Below the pieces are notes generated by a model. That model did no database searches. It worked only from the letters and a program-made list of their open reading frames with translations, and was not told the DNA's origin. The translations under genes and the position numbers were made by a program. A DNA stretch of 63,894 nucleotides, counting the filler, from Lenisia limosa (Eukaryota > Protista > Breviatea), in the NCBI GenBank assembly GCA_001655205.1. It is 8 parts of 8 records of this genome, joined end to end, with 100 filler letters (N's around TTAATTAATTAA, not from the genome) between each part and the next. Parts side by side here need not be neighbours in the genome. Positions count along the whole stretch, not along the records: positions 1 to 4,960 come from LPNZ01008515.1; positions 5,061 to 6,910 come from LPNZ01006206.1; positions 7,011 to 23,628 come from LPNZ01007580.1; 5 more parts are not named here. The stretch is one strand, 5' to 3'. Positions 1-13,005 of the stretch are shown one piece after another. Within the stretch, counting starts at the first letter, position 1. Every line of letters begins with the position of its first letter.

Positions 1-1832
1 AAAGTAGGCTTTGTTTTAGTACGAAAAAAGACTGCTAAAATATCGATAATTTTCAGGGATTTGTTGAGAGTTTCAGTGTTTTATTTGGACCAAAGTGAAG
101 TCTGTACATTCTTAGATTTTTGTCAATTATATTTTCCATGTCAAACACAAACACTATCTGACCCCGTATGATTTAATATTATATTGGTTGTGCAATTTTG
201 AAGAAATCAAAACGTTGAATTATTGTTTAATTTCTTCGTTTTTATTTTCTGGACTGATTATTAACCCATGAAGGTGGAAAAGAAGTGCCCCAAAAGATCC
301 GAAAAAGTCACCACACGTCCACATGAGCCAAAAAAGGAAAACCAGCAGGAAAAGGCAAATCAGATTAATACTGGTGACAAACCAGGTGATAAGAAGATTG
401 CTGAAAAGAAAGAGACGAAGGAGAAGAAGGAGCGAGTGAGGAGGTCGAAGAAAGTTAAGACAGAGGCTGATAAGGAAGGACAGAACAAGGAAAATCCTCC
501 ACAAACGGTGAGATGACTGCTTGATTGGGTTGTTTAGGGGGTCATATCGCGCTTCATTGGCCCACCTTGTGGTTAAGTCATAAATTGTTCAAGAGCAGTC
601 GTAATGAGCTCCACAACAACATTTGCATATAACCTTTCCTAGGGCCGCGCGCGGAGCAGGTCATACTCCCGGGAACCTCCTGTTAAATCTACGTTTGCTT
701 GGGTGTATTGGATGCTTGTCTTCTGGCATAGTATCGATGCTGCTTCAGATAGTGGGTTCTGATTACCATCTTTCGTCGAAGGTATCTTCAATAACGCTAA
801 TACTAAACTTCTACAAAGAAAAGAAAGCAACTTCCTCATGGTGTGGTTTGCTTTGGCCAGAGTTTTTCTCATTTCTTGTTATTTCTTTATCATTTGAAGG
901 TCATCTGTAGTCACCAACAATCTGTTCAATTAGTGTTTTTTTTTTGATATTTTGAAATGAGATATCATGTAATTTAGTATTATAAGGTTGATATACTTTC
1001 ATTTCGAAAAATTTTTAAAAGTATAATATTGATATGTAATTACATAGAATACTGGTTCCACTGACCCCCACCCCCACCCCAGAAGAAATCCAATTGAATC
1101 CAATGAAACCGTCACAAGACCGAGGGCCATTTCTCAGCCAACTAGTATTTGGGGTATTATGTGGGGTTGATGGTAAGGGTTATTTGGGGGGGGGGGGNNN
1201 NNNNNNNNNNNNNNNNNNNNNNNNNNNNNNNNNNNNNNNNNNNNNNNNNNNNNNNNNNNNNNNNNNNNNNNNNNNNNNNNNNNNNNNNNNNNNNNNNNNN
1301 NNNNNNNNNNNNNNNNNNNNNNNNNNNNNNNNNNNTTTTGGGCTTTTTTTTTGTTTCATCAATTTTCTAAGTCTCCCCATGATGTGAAATCGCGTCTCAC
1401 ATTCAGCACTTCATGACGTGGCTGCTTCACTTGAGTTGAATGTTTCTTCTTCTCGACCTTCTAGCGAAACCCAAGGTGGGGTTCGTTGCAGTAAATTCTC
1501 TTGAATCTTGGATCCTAAAGGTCCTGTAGGGGGATGTATTTTTGCATTAGTTTTAGTTTCATTCAGATCTATCCCCTTGTACCTAGATAGTCAGGTTTAC
1601 AATATTATCCTCATTATTTTGTTTTCTCATGATCAAGATCCGAAAGATGAGCCGAGACAAAGCCGCTCAAGAGCTCGGTCCATAGATGAGTAAGCAGCTA
1701 TCTATTTCTTCAATAAGCGTCTAATAGTTGTATTTCTGCACCCTTCCATCATCATGATAAAGAGAGTTGAGTCAATCATTTGTGTTAAAACTCTGCAGAC
1801 ACAGCTTTGCGATATACAAATCTACATACTGA
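1..1832 (+). CDS. 3' part of an intron-containing hypothetical protein (K/E-rich and RS-like segments)
   Basis: K/E-rich ORF 268-516 and downstream GT-AG exons (GRARSRSYSRE; LHDVAASLELNVSSSRPSSETQ; DPKDEPRQSRSRARSIDE; EHSFAIYKSTY). Stop TGA at 1830-1832. No recognisable domain. Confidence 0.5.
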
Positions 1833-2236
1833 CTAGACCACGAACAAGAAGAACATATTTATAACATTAGTAATAACACCACCAGTCCCGGCCGTCATCG
1901 TCGTCGTCAGCGGCCAGTCAAATACTCAGCCAAGGAATAGGCTTTTTGCATACCGTATATTAGTATTTAATTGCTGCATATTACCCATTTTTTATTTTAT
2001 TGCGTGTATACTATTTTTTCAAAATGCATGTTTCAAGTTTGACATGGTGATGCACACAAGCTTTGGATAGAGTATAATTCTCAATGACAATCAAAATACC
2101 GATTATCGAGTATTAATAAAAAATTCATTTTTTTGAAACTGAAAAGAGAAGCGTGTTGAAAATTTTGGCGTTGGCGATAATGAGACTAACCGGAATACTC
2201 AACATTTTCAAAACTAAACACACTGCGGCATCGTGA

Positions 2237-4500
2237 TTATGCAGGAATTTTGGCTGGTAACTCGCTGAAAGAGTGAGTCATTAAGCGTACAAGTATCATG
2301 TACGAAATGAAATGTGTTAACAGTATTTCACTCAATAGAGAGCTGCCAGTGAAACCCCCTTAAACTCAAATTTTGGATCATCTACCCCCAAACATCTCGA
2401 GGAGTGAAATCTAGTAAGGTCTGGCCAGCTAAACTCATGCGAAGCTAAAGAGAATTACAATCCTCCACAGAAATTTGAAAAGGTACTTCCACGTTTTCCT
2501 GTTAACAAACCTCATCACTTTCCTTGGTGTGGCTGGCAAGAACAGTTATTTCGGCATCTAACAGTGGTCTGGAGTACACCCGCGTCTGAGTCGTTTATCA
2601 ACAGGATGGTAAGCAGCAAGATTAGAAAAGTAACGAGAATCTAAATCATATCATTTACTGTAACCGCGAAAAGTCCTGACACGTTGACTAAAGTAAGCCT
2701 AATACACGTGTCAGGTGTCACAGACAGTGTATATCAATGTTATTATAAAGCTGAGCCATTATTCCTCTGTACGAGGTGCTGAAAAAGAGGGTCGAGCATA
2801 TATAAAAAATGAAATTTATATGTAATATATACCACGTATCTGCACATATGTTATACTTCCCTTGCCAACATAAGAATGGACTGAATCATCGTCAAGGTAT
2901 GCGGTAGGGTAGACGCCGCCACTGTTGAAGTGTGTTCCCAACACACCGGTCTAAATCAAGTAAAACTTGGAGTAAACATCATTGCACGAGTTTTGAAAAA
3001 TTAGGTGTGGAAATCACCCCAATCTCTGGTAATATAACTTTTCATCCCACTCACCACCATAATATTGTTAGGATTGAATCCACTGGAAATAACGCCAATA
3101 TAAACACTGTCAATATAGACCTTCAGGGTTCCATCAGTATCTCCAGTAAACGCAACATGGGTCCACTTGTTGGCCTCTGTATGGGTCAGAAATTATCGTT
3201 TGATAGCTTCTTTTCATACCGAATGTATAGTCCAATAGCGCTTCGTTAGCATTGTTGTGATAGGTCTCAAATTTGTTGGTGCCAGACTAATGTGTCAATT
3301 TTTTTCAAAAACAACATTTTAAAAACGATCAGTGATCCTTTTAGCACCAACATTAATTCGAAAAATGGTATGATACATTGTTTTAGCAGCGTTGGTGGTC
3401 GAGAAGAAGTGGTAACGCCCCATTGATGCAAAATTGGCGTAATAGACCAAGACCTAAAATGATAAGTCTCAGAGCAACGGAATAGCGCAGAGCATATTAG
3501 CTAAATGTGTATCTTGTGAACAATGATTCATATTTGATACATATTATAGTATGCTATATGATTTATAGTTATCTGACATGTGTATTACTGGCCACAATAA
3601 GTCCTAACACATATTTTGAGCCTTTAGTCATTCGTGTCTGAACTGTCACTGTTGTTTACATACAGTGTATATCATATGATATAAAGTGAAATGATATATA
3701 GTATACTATATACTATATAGGGCTTCACATCTGCTCGAAACAAGTGCATTACTCGATAAATCTTGGAAGATTATCGATATTTTACCTAAGTACATTATAT
3801 ACCATATCGATATACTAACTAGGCCATATAGTATATACAATGATACCTATATTGTGTTTAGAACAAAAGATTTCATTAACTACACCCCCTCCCCTGGGAC
3901 CTCGACAGTGAATTCCGATGGCCACATGAACGGACTTCCTGTCCTAGGCACAATACACCCGGTCATAGACTCGGGGGTAATGCCTCCCTACAGAGTAAAA
4001 CGGAAAGGGTACACTGTATATGATACACTATTTGTATTTGAGGGGGGTTGAGAGCTCTATATTCCGTAATGTAATAAATAAATAACATTTTTAGACGCAA
4101 GAGCATATCTCAACATACATAGATAATAGGGCTCTGAAGTAGCTGTGGAGAGCCGCAGCGATGAATGTCTGACACCATATCGCAAGCCTGTTGGGGTGAG
4201 GGCATGCAATATCGCAAGCATGGTAGGTGAGCTGATACTATATCAGACGCCGGAGGGGAGAGTGTTATTGCTCCCACCCATTTATGTATTGTACACCACC
4301 ATTTTGCACCACCATCATCCACAATATTATGATACACCCGCACCATATTATTCTACGCCCCTTCCTACACCCTTACCATGATATTGTATTGACAGTTGGT
4401 CTCAGTGTAGGAAATGGCAAAGGTGTTGGTTGCGACTCCGTTCAGAGAATATTCCGAAACTGTTCCGCCCCTTTGTGCTGGTGATAACTGCAAGGTGAGC
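2237..4500 (-). CDS. LamG/concanavalin-A-like jelly-roll domain protein (partial, multi-exon)
   Basis: Spliced exons give PSEFTVE-VLVYY, ANKWTHVAFTGDTDGTLKVYIDSV, AYLDD and TRVYSRPLLDAEI, matching the LamG-like pattern (FTVEAW...WTHVAxT.DG.L.LY..G...RIY.RAL...EI). The 5' end is uncertain and probably runs off the scaffold. Confidence 0.7.
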
Positions 4501-4960
4501 TAATTGGGCAAGATGTGCAATTACTAACTTGGATATGGATATACAGAGCTACACCTATCCAAAGATATAATATTATGTAGCAAAAGCAAGAATTGGGGAA
4601 GGTAACCTTTTAAAATGAAGAAATGCGAATTTGGCAAAAAGGTAATTTGGAAAAAGCCAGCTTTATGCAAGAAGGAATTTCACCTGACAACCTTAAGAAC
4701 GGTATTAACACCCCGCGGTAAATGGGTGATGTCAATGATAGCATGGTGTTCGTGCACAGCCTAAACAAATCATATTCGGGGCAATTTTAGTGATTTCAGA
4801 GGATTTCGGATGAATTTCGTAATATTTCAAAATTACTCTCCTGAATGTTATTTACACTGAATTTAGTGAATCACATATCGAAATGAAAACAAACACCAAC
4901 AATAGCACACATGATGACATTGTTGTAACTCAAAAATTCGAGGAATTCTTTGATTTTATA

Positions 4961-5060
4961 NNNNNNNNNNNNNNNNNNNNNNNNNNNNNNNNNNNNNNNN
5001 NNNNTTAATTAATTAANNNNNNNNNNNNNNNNNNNNNNNNNNNNNNNNNNNNNNNNNNNN
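4961..5060. other. Artificial scaffold-joining spacer (44N-TTAATTAATTAA-44N); also at 6911-7010, 23629-23728, 35756-35855, 51940-52039, 58706-58805 and 61235-61334
   Basis: The same 100-bp structure with an all-frame stop linker occurs seven times. Confidence 0.97.
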
Positions 5061-5108
5061 TTTGGTCTTCTTGGCAGCGGGGGTCTATACGGATATTAAC
5101 AAAATTGG

Positions 5109-6910
5109 TCAAGACTTATCCCAGTCACTGAATATGTTTGTATAACGGGAGTATTTGTACGCATATACGTGACCCCCATCCACCACCCAGTTATGGACAG
5201 TATGAGCTAACAGGATGACAGTGATAATATGTGTAATAGAGTTCCGCTCGGATACCTTCGTGGTCTTTTTGTTTTTCTTTGCGGGTGTTTTGGGAGGGAC
5301 TGGTGCTGATACGCCTCGACCAGCGTGGAGGGCCTTGTTTGTAAGAAAGAAAATGGAATAATAATAATGACCCATACTGCAATACATCCGGTACCCCCTC
5401 CCCTTTTACGGCCTTTCAACCACCCTATGTCCCTTCATGTATTGTTTTTTTTTTTTTTTTTTNNNNNNNNNNNNNNNNNNNNNNNNNNNNNNNNNNNNNN
5501 NNNNNNNNNNNNNNNNNNNNNNNNNNNNNNNNNNNNNNNNNNNNNNNNNNNNNNNNNNNNNNNNNNNNNNNNNNNNNNNNNNNNNNNNNNNNNNNNNNNN
5601 NNNNNNNNNNNNNNNNNNNNNNNNNNNNNNNNNNNNNNNNNNNNNNNNNNNNNNNNNNNNNNNNNNNNNNNNNNNNNNNAGCGTCACCCCACCTTGGTGG
5701 TCTTAGCTGCAACAGGGGCTGTCTTCTGAACAGTTTCGTCCACAGAAGGGGTACGGGGTTCCTGGGGAGCAATATTGTCGGAAGTAGACTCAGGGGTTGG
5801 CTCGGGCGAGGGTTCCGATTCGGTCTCTACCGACGGTGTGGCCGCGGACTGTTCCGAAACCTCTTCCGGGGGTTGCTGGGTCTCTTCAGCTGGCTCGGAG
5901 GAATGCAGGGAGTCGGAAGTGCGTTTCATGGCCACAACAGTTTCTGGGTCGGAATCGTTGTCGGAATCGGAACTTTCAGCTTCCGATGACACTTCCGAAG
6001 AGCTAGCTTCGTCCATTGATATGTCAATTGCCTCAGCCTGGTCTTGCTGTGCTTGCTCCTCTTGCAGTCTTCGCTCTTCTGCAGCTTTTTCTTCTGCAAT
6101 TTTCCTCTCCTCTTCCAACCTCCTCTCCTCTTCTTTCTTGGCCTTCCTTGCTCTCTTTTCCTCTCTTTCTTTCTTTCTGGCCTCCTTTTCACTCTTCCTT
6201 TGCTCCTTTTCCATCTTCTTCTTTTCCATTGCAAGAGTTTCCTTTTCGATTTCTGCAGCAACTGCATCATTGGCTGCCTGTCTCTGTGCCTCTTCAAGCC
6301 TTTTTTTTTCAGCTTCTTCAATTCTCTTCATCTCAGCTTCTTCTTCAAGTCTCTTCTTCTCAGCTTCTTCAATTCTCTTCTTCTCAGCTGCTTCTTCTTC
6401 AAGTCTTTTCTTCTCAGCTTCTTCTTCTTCCACTCTCTTCTTCTCCGCTTCTTCTTCTTCAATTCTCTTCTTCTCTGCTTCTTCTTCAAGTCTTTTCTTC
6501 TCAGCTTTTTCTTCAATTCTCTGTTTCTCTAATTTCTCTTCTTCAATTCTCTTCTTTTCAGCATCTTCGTTTTCAAGTCTCTTCTTTTCTTTTTCTTCAA
6601 TTTTCTTCTTTTCAGCTTCCTCCTCCTTGTGCTTTTCTTCCAGCGCCTTGTCATCTTCACTTTCAGTTTCCGACTCCATAGGTATTTCAGGGAGCTCTTC
6701 CTCGTCACTATCTTCGTCTGAGGCTCCAAGAAGATTAGATAACGATCCACGCACAACACCTTCACTGCCGCTCGCTTCCGACTGACTAGCTTCCGACACA
6801 ATGCTGGAATCAACTGACTCTACCTCCGACTCAGATGCACTGTCATACTCTCCGGCCTGGGCCGCACTGAGAATTCGCTCCTCCTCTGTTCTTTTTTCTG
6901 CTTCTTCTTC
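5109..6910 (-). CDS. Low-complexity E/K/R-rich helical protein (EEEAEKKR repeats), 5'-truncated
   Basis: 371-aa ORF 5684-6799, still open to the spacer at 6910, with tandem AEKKRIEEE/AEKKRLEEE units flanked by acidic Ser-rich segments. Probable further exons at about 5240-5350 and a stop at 5109. Confidence 0.75.
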
Positions 6911-8545
6911 NNNNNNNNNNNNNNNNNNNNNNNNNNNNNNNNNNNNNNNNNNNNTTAATTAATTAANNNNNNNNNNNNNNNNNNNNNNNNNNNNNNNNNN
7001 NNNNNNNNNNAAATGATTTAATGGCGGGAAAATGATTTAATGGCGGGGTTTTTGGCCGGTAGCATATATATATATATCATATCATAATATATCATAATAT
7101 ATGATATACTACTAATATATATGAATATTATATGTATACACAGTATAAGTTGAAGTTGCCAAAAGGGAACTACCTATCATATGCGGCCGTTCAAAATTCT
7201 GGTTTTCTCAAAAGTCGGTTTCAAATTCTTATCAAAGCCGAAAAAACCAAAATTTTTGAACTGCCACATAGTATATCATATATTATGCATGCTGCAATAT
7301 TATATATGAGATGCATGTATGTATAGCATAAAGCAAAAATACTATACTGGAAAAAAAATCAGCACAGACCTCCATTCCACATTCAGTTTCATGAGCCTCA
7401 AGGGAAGAGCGCGGTATGGCTTCACCGCAAAACTTGCATTTCTAAAAAAATTATTTCTCTTGAGTAGGGGTGTTACCTGACAATTTGATGTCAATATTTT
7501 CAAAAAAAAAAGTATTGTAATTCATTTCAGCCTTCCAGCTTTTCCGAATTTTCCCAGACAATGTAAGTGCTGTATATGAAGGGTTACACTATATAAGGAG
7601 AGTATTGTTGTACCTCAAGACTATCACGACCGATTATAGAATATAAATAAAAAACCGTCCTCCACCACGAATGACTCCATCCTATGCGCTCTAATCTCTC
7701 CTCAAAAGCCCATCGAACCGAGATGTGGCGCTGACGCCTGCATTGCGCCTCGTGAATCACCAGACTCCGTGCTGGTACTTCAGAAGAACTGAAAAGTGAG
7801 CACCACCTCAATAGGGCAAAAGATACCAGAATGGAGTGGACAACCTGTCTAACTTCTGTACGAAAAGCTGAAAAGAGGAAATAACTGAGTTGCGGTAGGC
7901 ACAATTTTTAAAAAGGAGGGTGAGTATTTATGATACGAAATGAGTCACACTCAGAATATACTGTAATTGTAGTTATGATAAATACATACCGTGACCATTA
8001 TAAGTCCCAATCCATATTAATCAGATTTCCCTTCAAAACAATTGGCCATGATTTATCACATTCAGCTTACGTTATATACGATGTACTATCATTATAACAA
8101 CCTCCACGAATGTCCAAAAAAAAATCATAATTATAGGACTTGTAGGTATAACCCTACGCATGATTTTTTTGACACATCGGGTGATACATGAATAATAGAG
8201 CCATACCAGCCAAAACCCCTACCAAAATTGGCACTGTGCTGTTGATGGGAAGTCTTCATCCCCCATTATAGGTGGCTGAAAACAAATTCGGGTTTCTCTA
8301 AAAGTATCACCAAATTTTATTTAACATACAAATATATACAAAATTATATTATAGTAAGCAACTAATACCAAAGAGATGATGAGATGATGATTATATGTCT
8401 CTTATAGTGTATAACAGGCGGTATATATAATCCGCCTTTTTCCTCCCCAAACTAAGTGAACAAAGCAAGAAAGGAACTCTCTTACCTTGCATTTGCATGT
8501 ACAATATCTATCAATTGAACATCAAGCAAATAAGTGTACAATGAG

Positions 8546-11042
8546 GAAGCGGCAGGCTGAACATTCGATCCATGAAGTCAGCTCTGGTGTGGAGATTAGT
8601 CACCACCCCATCAATAAGTACTTCTTTGCTGCTTCTGTTGGTGACTGCAAGTTCCTGCGTTTTCTTTTAGATGATGGTGTTGACCTCTTCTCCCTAAACC
8701 ATGAGGTTGGCTCCAAATTCTACGCTCTTCTCTGAGGTTAGAACGGTCCCATTTTTTTGGTTGACGATATAGGGTGGGACAGCACTTCATGTTGCGTGTG
8801 CTGTTAATGAGGTTGATGCTGCCCATTTCCTCTGCAATGAAGGCATACCAGTTGAGTCAACTGACAGAGAGGTTGGGGTGGTGTTTTTAGTTGAGCTTTT
8901 TGTGATATATATTTTGGACGATTCAGCACTGAGGTATTATGTGAGATTATTTATATCATACGGTGTGAAAAATGTTAGTGAATTTGTAATGACATTTACG
9001 CTATTGAATTCCGACAACTCTCCCAGTACACGAGGCCTATTTCAGTTACCAATTCAGAATCCCAATCAAATTTTGTCAAATCGTATTTTGAACCATGAGA
9101 TAGATGTATGGGTTATCTTCAAAAACAGATAAAACAGACTTATTCCTCTAACTTCTTGTTACTGTAGTCTGGGTTTTATTTCTGTATGTTTTTTTTTTAA
9201 AATATATTACCCAAACTGCACCTTATAGTGTGTTATATAAATCACACTATGATATATGGTACTATACATATATAATTATATATCTCGATATATANNNNNN
9301 NNNNNNNNNNNNNNNNNNNNNNNNNNNNNNNATATATATATATATATATATGATATAGTATAGTCTTATCAGTATTCATCATTTTTTTTCATGATGAAAA
9401 TAACTGAAAATATAGGGACGAAGACCGGTCCACTATGCTGCCCTTGGGTCGGCTATGGATTCACTCGAGTTTCTCAGAAGCAAGGATGCCAACTTCAATG
9501 ATAAGGTAGTATTGCCCATTTCTTGCTGTCTCTCATGGTTTTTGTATGTGTGTGTTTTTGCTGTTATTTTTTTTATATTTATTTTTATATTGTTATTATT
9601 TTTGATGTTCACTTGGTAGAGTGGATACACGCCCATCCACGCAGCAGCAGAGAGTGGATGCGTCGAGGCCATTTCATTCCTCTTGGATCATGGGGGCAAA
9701 ATCAGGCCTTCTGCAGTACGTGGAGAGAAGAGTGTCTACGATACATTCATATGATACACAATATGATATTTGTTTCATAATTAAGGCTTCCCTACTGTCC
9801 CAAAAAAGACTCAATTTCTTGATAAGTCCTCGATAAATATCAAATTTGACCGGTCTTTTTCGGACCGGAGGGAAGCCCTAATATACTATATACTATATGA
9901 TATGCTATATCATATCATATCATATATTTATCATTAGCATAGTTTAACATTACCATTTTTTAACTGGTCTTGTGGGGTCTTCAGTCGGACAGCTGATATT
10001 TACGAGTATAGCCCAACCAACCAGCACCCCTAGCGTTGGCAGTGGCAAACGGGCATCTGAAGGCCATTTCAAGGTTAATCGAGGTGGGGGTTAGCTGATG
10101 ATTCAATATGCTACGATAAAATCCTTTTGTTTGATTAATTTTCGGGAGATTTTCTTGGTCTTTTACTTGTGTAGGCTGGAGCATCAGTGAATGAAATTGA
10201 CATTTCCACAGTATGGGGGGGGGGGGGGNNNNNNNNNNNNNNNNNNNNNNNNNNNNNNNNNNNNNNNNNNNNNNNNNNNNNNNNNNNNNNNNNNNNNNNN
10301 NNNNNNNNNNNNNNNNNNNNNNNNNNNNNNNAGGGACAAAGTGTAGTCCATGTTGCCGCACAAAAAGGCGATCCGGGACTTGTCAGAAGTCTCCATCGAA
10401 TGGGGGCGGACCTCAACCTACGAAACATCAAAGTTGGCTTTGGACTTTTCGGTGTTTATCAGTTTGGGTTGGAAGGGTGATGACAAACTTGAATGAAGTA
10501 TTGGAAGAAACTGTACACGTTATTATCATGTTAAATTTTGACGAACTTGAAAAACGTATGATATTTGCTTCTCCCATCGTTTCCTGATCCCATTAGTCAG
10601 ACTCGGCTTTGGATATTGCGGTCATTGATAACAACGTTGAAGTGGCAGAAACACTCTTGGAACTGGGGGCTGATCCAAATTCGGTCTCATCACAGGTTTG
10701 AAAGGGAAAGAACTGGCTAGCTTCCATGATATCTATTGTGAGTCAATAACACTCCAGGGCCTTACTAGTCTGGACATAGCCCTCGGTTTAAGTTGCCAAA
10801 AAGTGATGCCAGTTCTTAAGAAATACGGGTCCATGTTCACAGAGGCCTCGCACCAGGCCATGAAACAGTCGGAAGTGCGAGCGTGGGGGGNNNNNNNNNN
10901 NNNNNNNNNNNNNNNNNNNNNNNNNNNNNNNNNNNNNNNNNNNNNNNNNNNNNNNNNNNNNNNNNNNATTATCATTTTGAATTGGGTGCTTGTTTCTGAA
11001 CACACAAAATGTTTTTTTAGCAAGGTGAAGAGAAGGTTTTAG
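8546..11042 (+). CDS. Ankyrin-repeat protein (about 7 repeats, roughly one per exon)
   Basis: Exons encode GTALHVACAVNEVDAAHFL, GRRPVHYAALGSAMDSLEFL, GYTPIHAAAESGCVEAISFLLDHGG, GQSVVHVAAQKGDPGLVRSLHRMGADLN, ALDIAVIDNNVEVAETLLELGADPN and GLTSLDIALG. Stop TAG at 11040-11042. Start uncertain. Confidence 0.9.
9785..9878. mobile_element. MITE family A copy
   Basis: ggcttccctactgtcccaaaaaagac...gtctttttcggaccggagggaagccc-TA; imperfect TIR of about 27 bp, inside an ankyrin-gene intron. Confidence 0.8.
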
Positions 11043-11165
11043 TGATTGTCCTCCCCCTACTACATATAATATAGTATAGTATTGACATATATTGATGCTA
11101 CTTGGAAGGTTATTTTCATATCAATAATATACCACACTATACATACATATAGTCGCTTTTTGATC

Positions 11166-12907
11166 ATGTCATTTAGATTATTGAAGAAAGAGCGAGAAGA
11201 AGAGGAGGAGAAAATACGCATAGAACAAGAGAAAGAGAAGAAGGAAAGAATTAAAAAAGAGGAAAAGGAAAAGAAAAAAGAAGAAAAACAAAATGATGTG
11301 AAGATGGAGGCAAAGGAGAAGCCTAAGATTGATGGAGAAATTGCTGCGGAATCATCTGATGATGAAACCGAAACCGCACCAGCTCTGAAGCCAAAGCCAA
11401 AGCCGTTCAAATTTCCTGCATCCAAACCCAAGCCAAAAGAAAAGGTGTCACCAGCCAAGCCCAAGCCCAAGGCTGCTTCCAAGTCTTCAGGGTTCTCTTT
11501 CCCCAAGCCGAAAATTCGTGCTTCGAAGCCCTCATCATCGAAAAAGGAACCCGCTCCGAAAGACAACAATGACGACAACTATCCGCCGTACAACTTCAAG
11601 CCCTTCGACCCTTCACGTATAAACACAAAGGTGGTCTGTTTGGCCAACTATTTTATTCGAATAGACAAAAGATTCTACTCACATATCATATAATAATGAT
11701 GACCTGTATAGGTTGAGACCGAAGATGAGAAACACGATCGAAAACAACGTGAAATTATGGCACGTATGTGGCAAGCTGAAGAATCCCTTGTTCGAGGCCC
11801 TACTGGCATTGACCCTGAATTGGCCAAAGTGGGTTTGATGTTGTTCATTCCAAATCTCCTCTTGTGACTTGTGAATACTTCTTCCCAAATTATGTTTTCC
11901 ATTTTACTTAATCATTCACTTCGTAGTCATTGATGAACGACCCCGAGCGAATGGCCGGGCAGAAAATCGAAGAAAGCAAGCAGAGGAAGATTCTCGAAGC
12001 AGCGTCACGTGCAGGAAAAGCGGCGGACACCGGGAGAGATGGCGAGACACGACGCAGTGCTCAGAGTTGGATGAAGTTCACCACAATGGATGATGAGGAG
12101 AAGGGTATCGCGGACTACCTTGGTGATGAGGTTTGTTGAGGATGGTTGGGGAAATAACATCATAATGTAATACCATACGATAGTAGTATGTGCGGTCTAT
12201 CATTGATATGTAGCTATGTATATGCTCAAGGTCCAAAATTATGTCGTTAATTCGAATTAATGTCGTTGATAATTTACGGTCGCCAAATCAGCTATTCCCT
12301 TTCAAAACAGTAATATATTTCTGAGATATACACACTTTATTTGTTTGTTTATGAAAGAAAAACAAGAACCTAATTTCAATCAGCAAACTTCGCCACTGCT
12401 CCTTTTTACGAGTTAAATTGTTGTGAAGTTGACTGTAACATGAAAAAGAGACAGTCATAGAAAATTGAATTAACGACATAGTTTAGGACCTCGAGCATAT
12501 GTACTTATACTATAGTTTTGTTAAAATATGCTACATCAATATGCGCATCATAGTCGAATTTGCACCGTCATTATCTCTTTCCCAGGTTGAGAAGGACATG
12601 CTCCGCCCTGTTGACATTCCGTTTTACCACAGAAACCTGGCCGAAATTGAAGCCAGAAAGAAGCGGGAGGAAGAAGTCTCCAAACGCTCAGTTAGTTCGG
12701 ATTTTCGCATTTATATTTGCGTGATGGCGTGGACGACAGACACCGGATCATTGATATTGTATTACGTTTTATTTTGTTCATTTTGTTCATGTTCCACGAA
12801 GTGTGGAGCCTTATTACCAAGGGTTAACTTTGTAGGGTAAGGAGGTACCCTTTGAAGAAATGTTCAAGAACTTCACTCCGGTCATCACAATCCCCAAGGA
12901 GGAGTAA
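11166..12907 (+). CDS. Hypothetical protein, K/E-rich N-terminus and PKPK-rich linker
   Basis: ATG at 11166; exons join in frame through ...KEVPFEEMFKNFTPVITIPKEE; TAA at 12905-12907. No domain recognised. Confidence 0.75.
12220..12500. mobile_element. MITE family C, about 280 bp with a ~38-bp TIR
   Basis: Left end atatgctcaaggtccaaaattatgtcgttaattc; right end reverse complement atatgctcgaggtcctaaactatgtcgttaattc. A second terminus at 58871-58923. Confidence 0.8.
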
Positions 12908-13005
12908 TGGCACTATGTTTAATGTAGAACTCATGAAGACGCGCATTGTACAATCACAGTGTGGGAGGGGGGTCCATTCTGGAGCAAAAACTGGTGATAA
13001 ACACT

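Noticed and set aside
1094-1387. ORFs containing runs of X
   Set aside because: They are open only because they span N gaps.
5005-5016. TTAATTAATTAA as a biological motif or PacI site
   Set aside because: Always centred in exactly 44+44 N, so it is an artificial linker.
5775-6785. Long + strand ORFs rich in S/F/L (also 42396-43906 and 11060-11578)
   Set aside because: Antisense shadows of E/K-rich low-complexity coding sequence.
7584-7904. Stand-alone ORF or gene at 7.3-8.3 kb
   Set aside because: GC-richer patches suggest exons, but no frame or strand gave a recognisable protein or a consistent splice path.
9285-9350. (TA)n and ATATCATAT-rich tracts as an element family
   Set aside because: Simple low-complexity sequence common in these introns; no defined ends could be supported.
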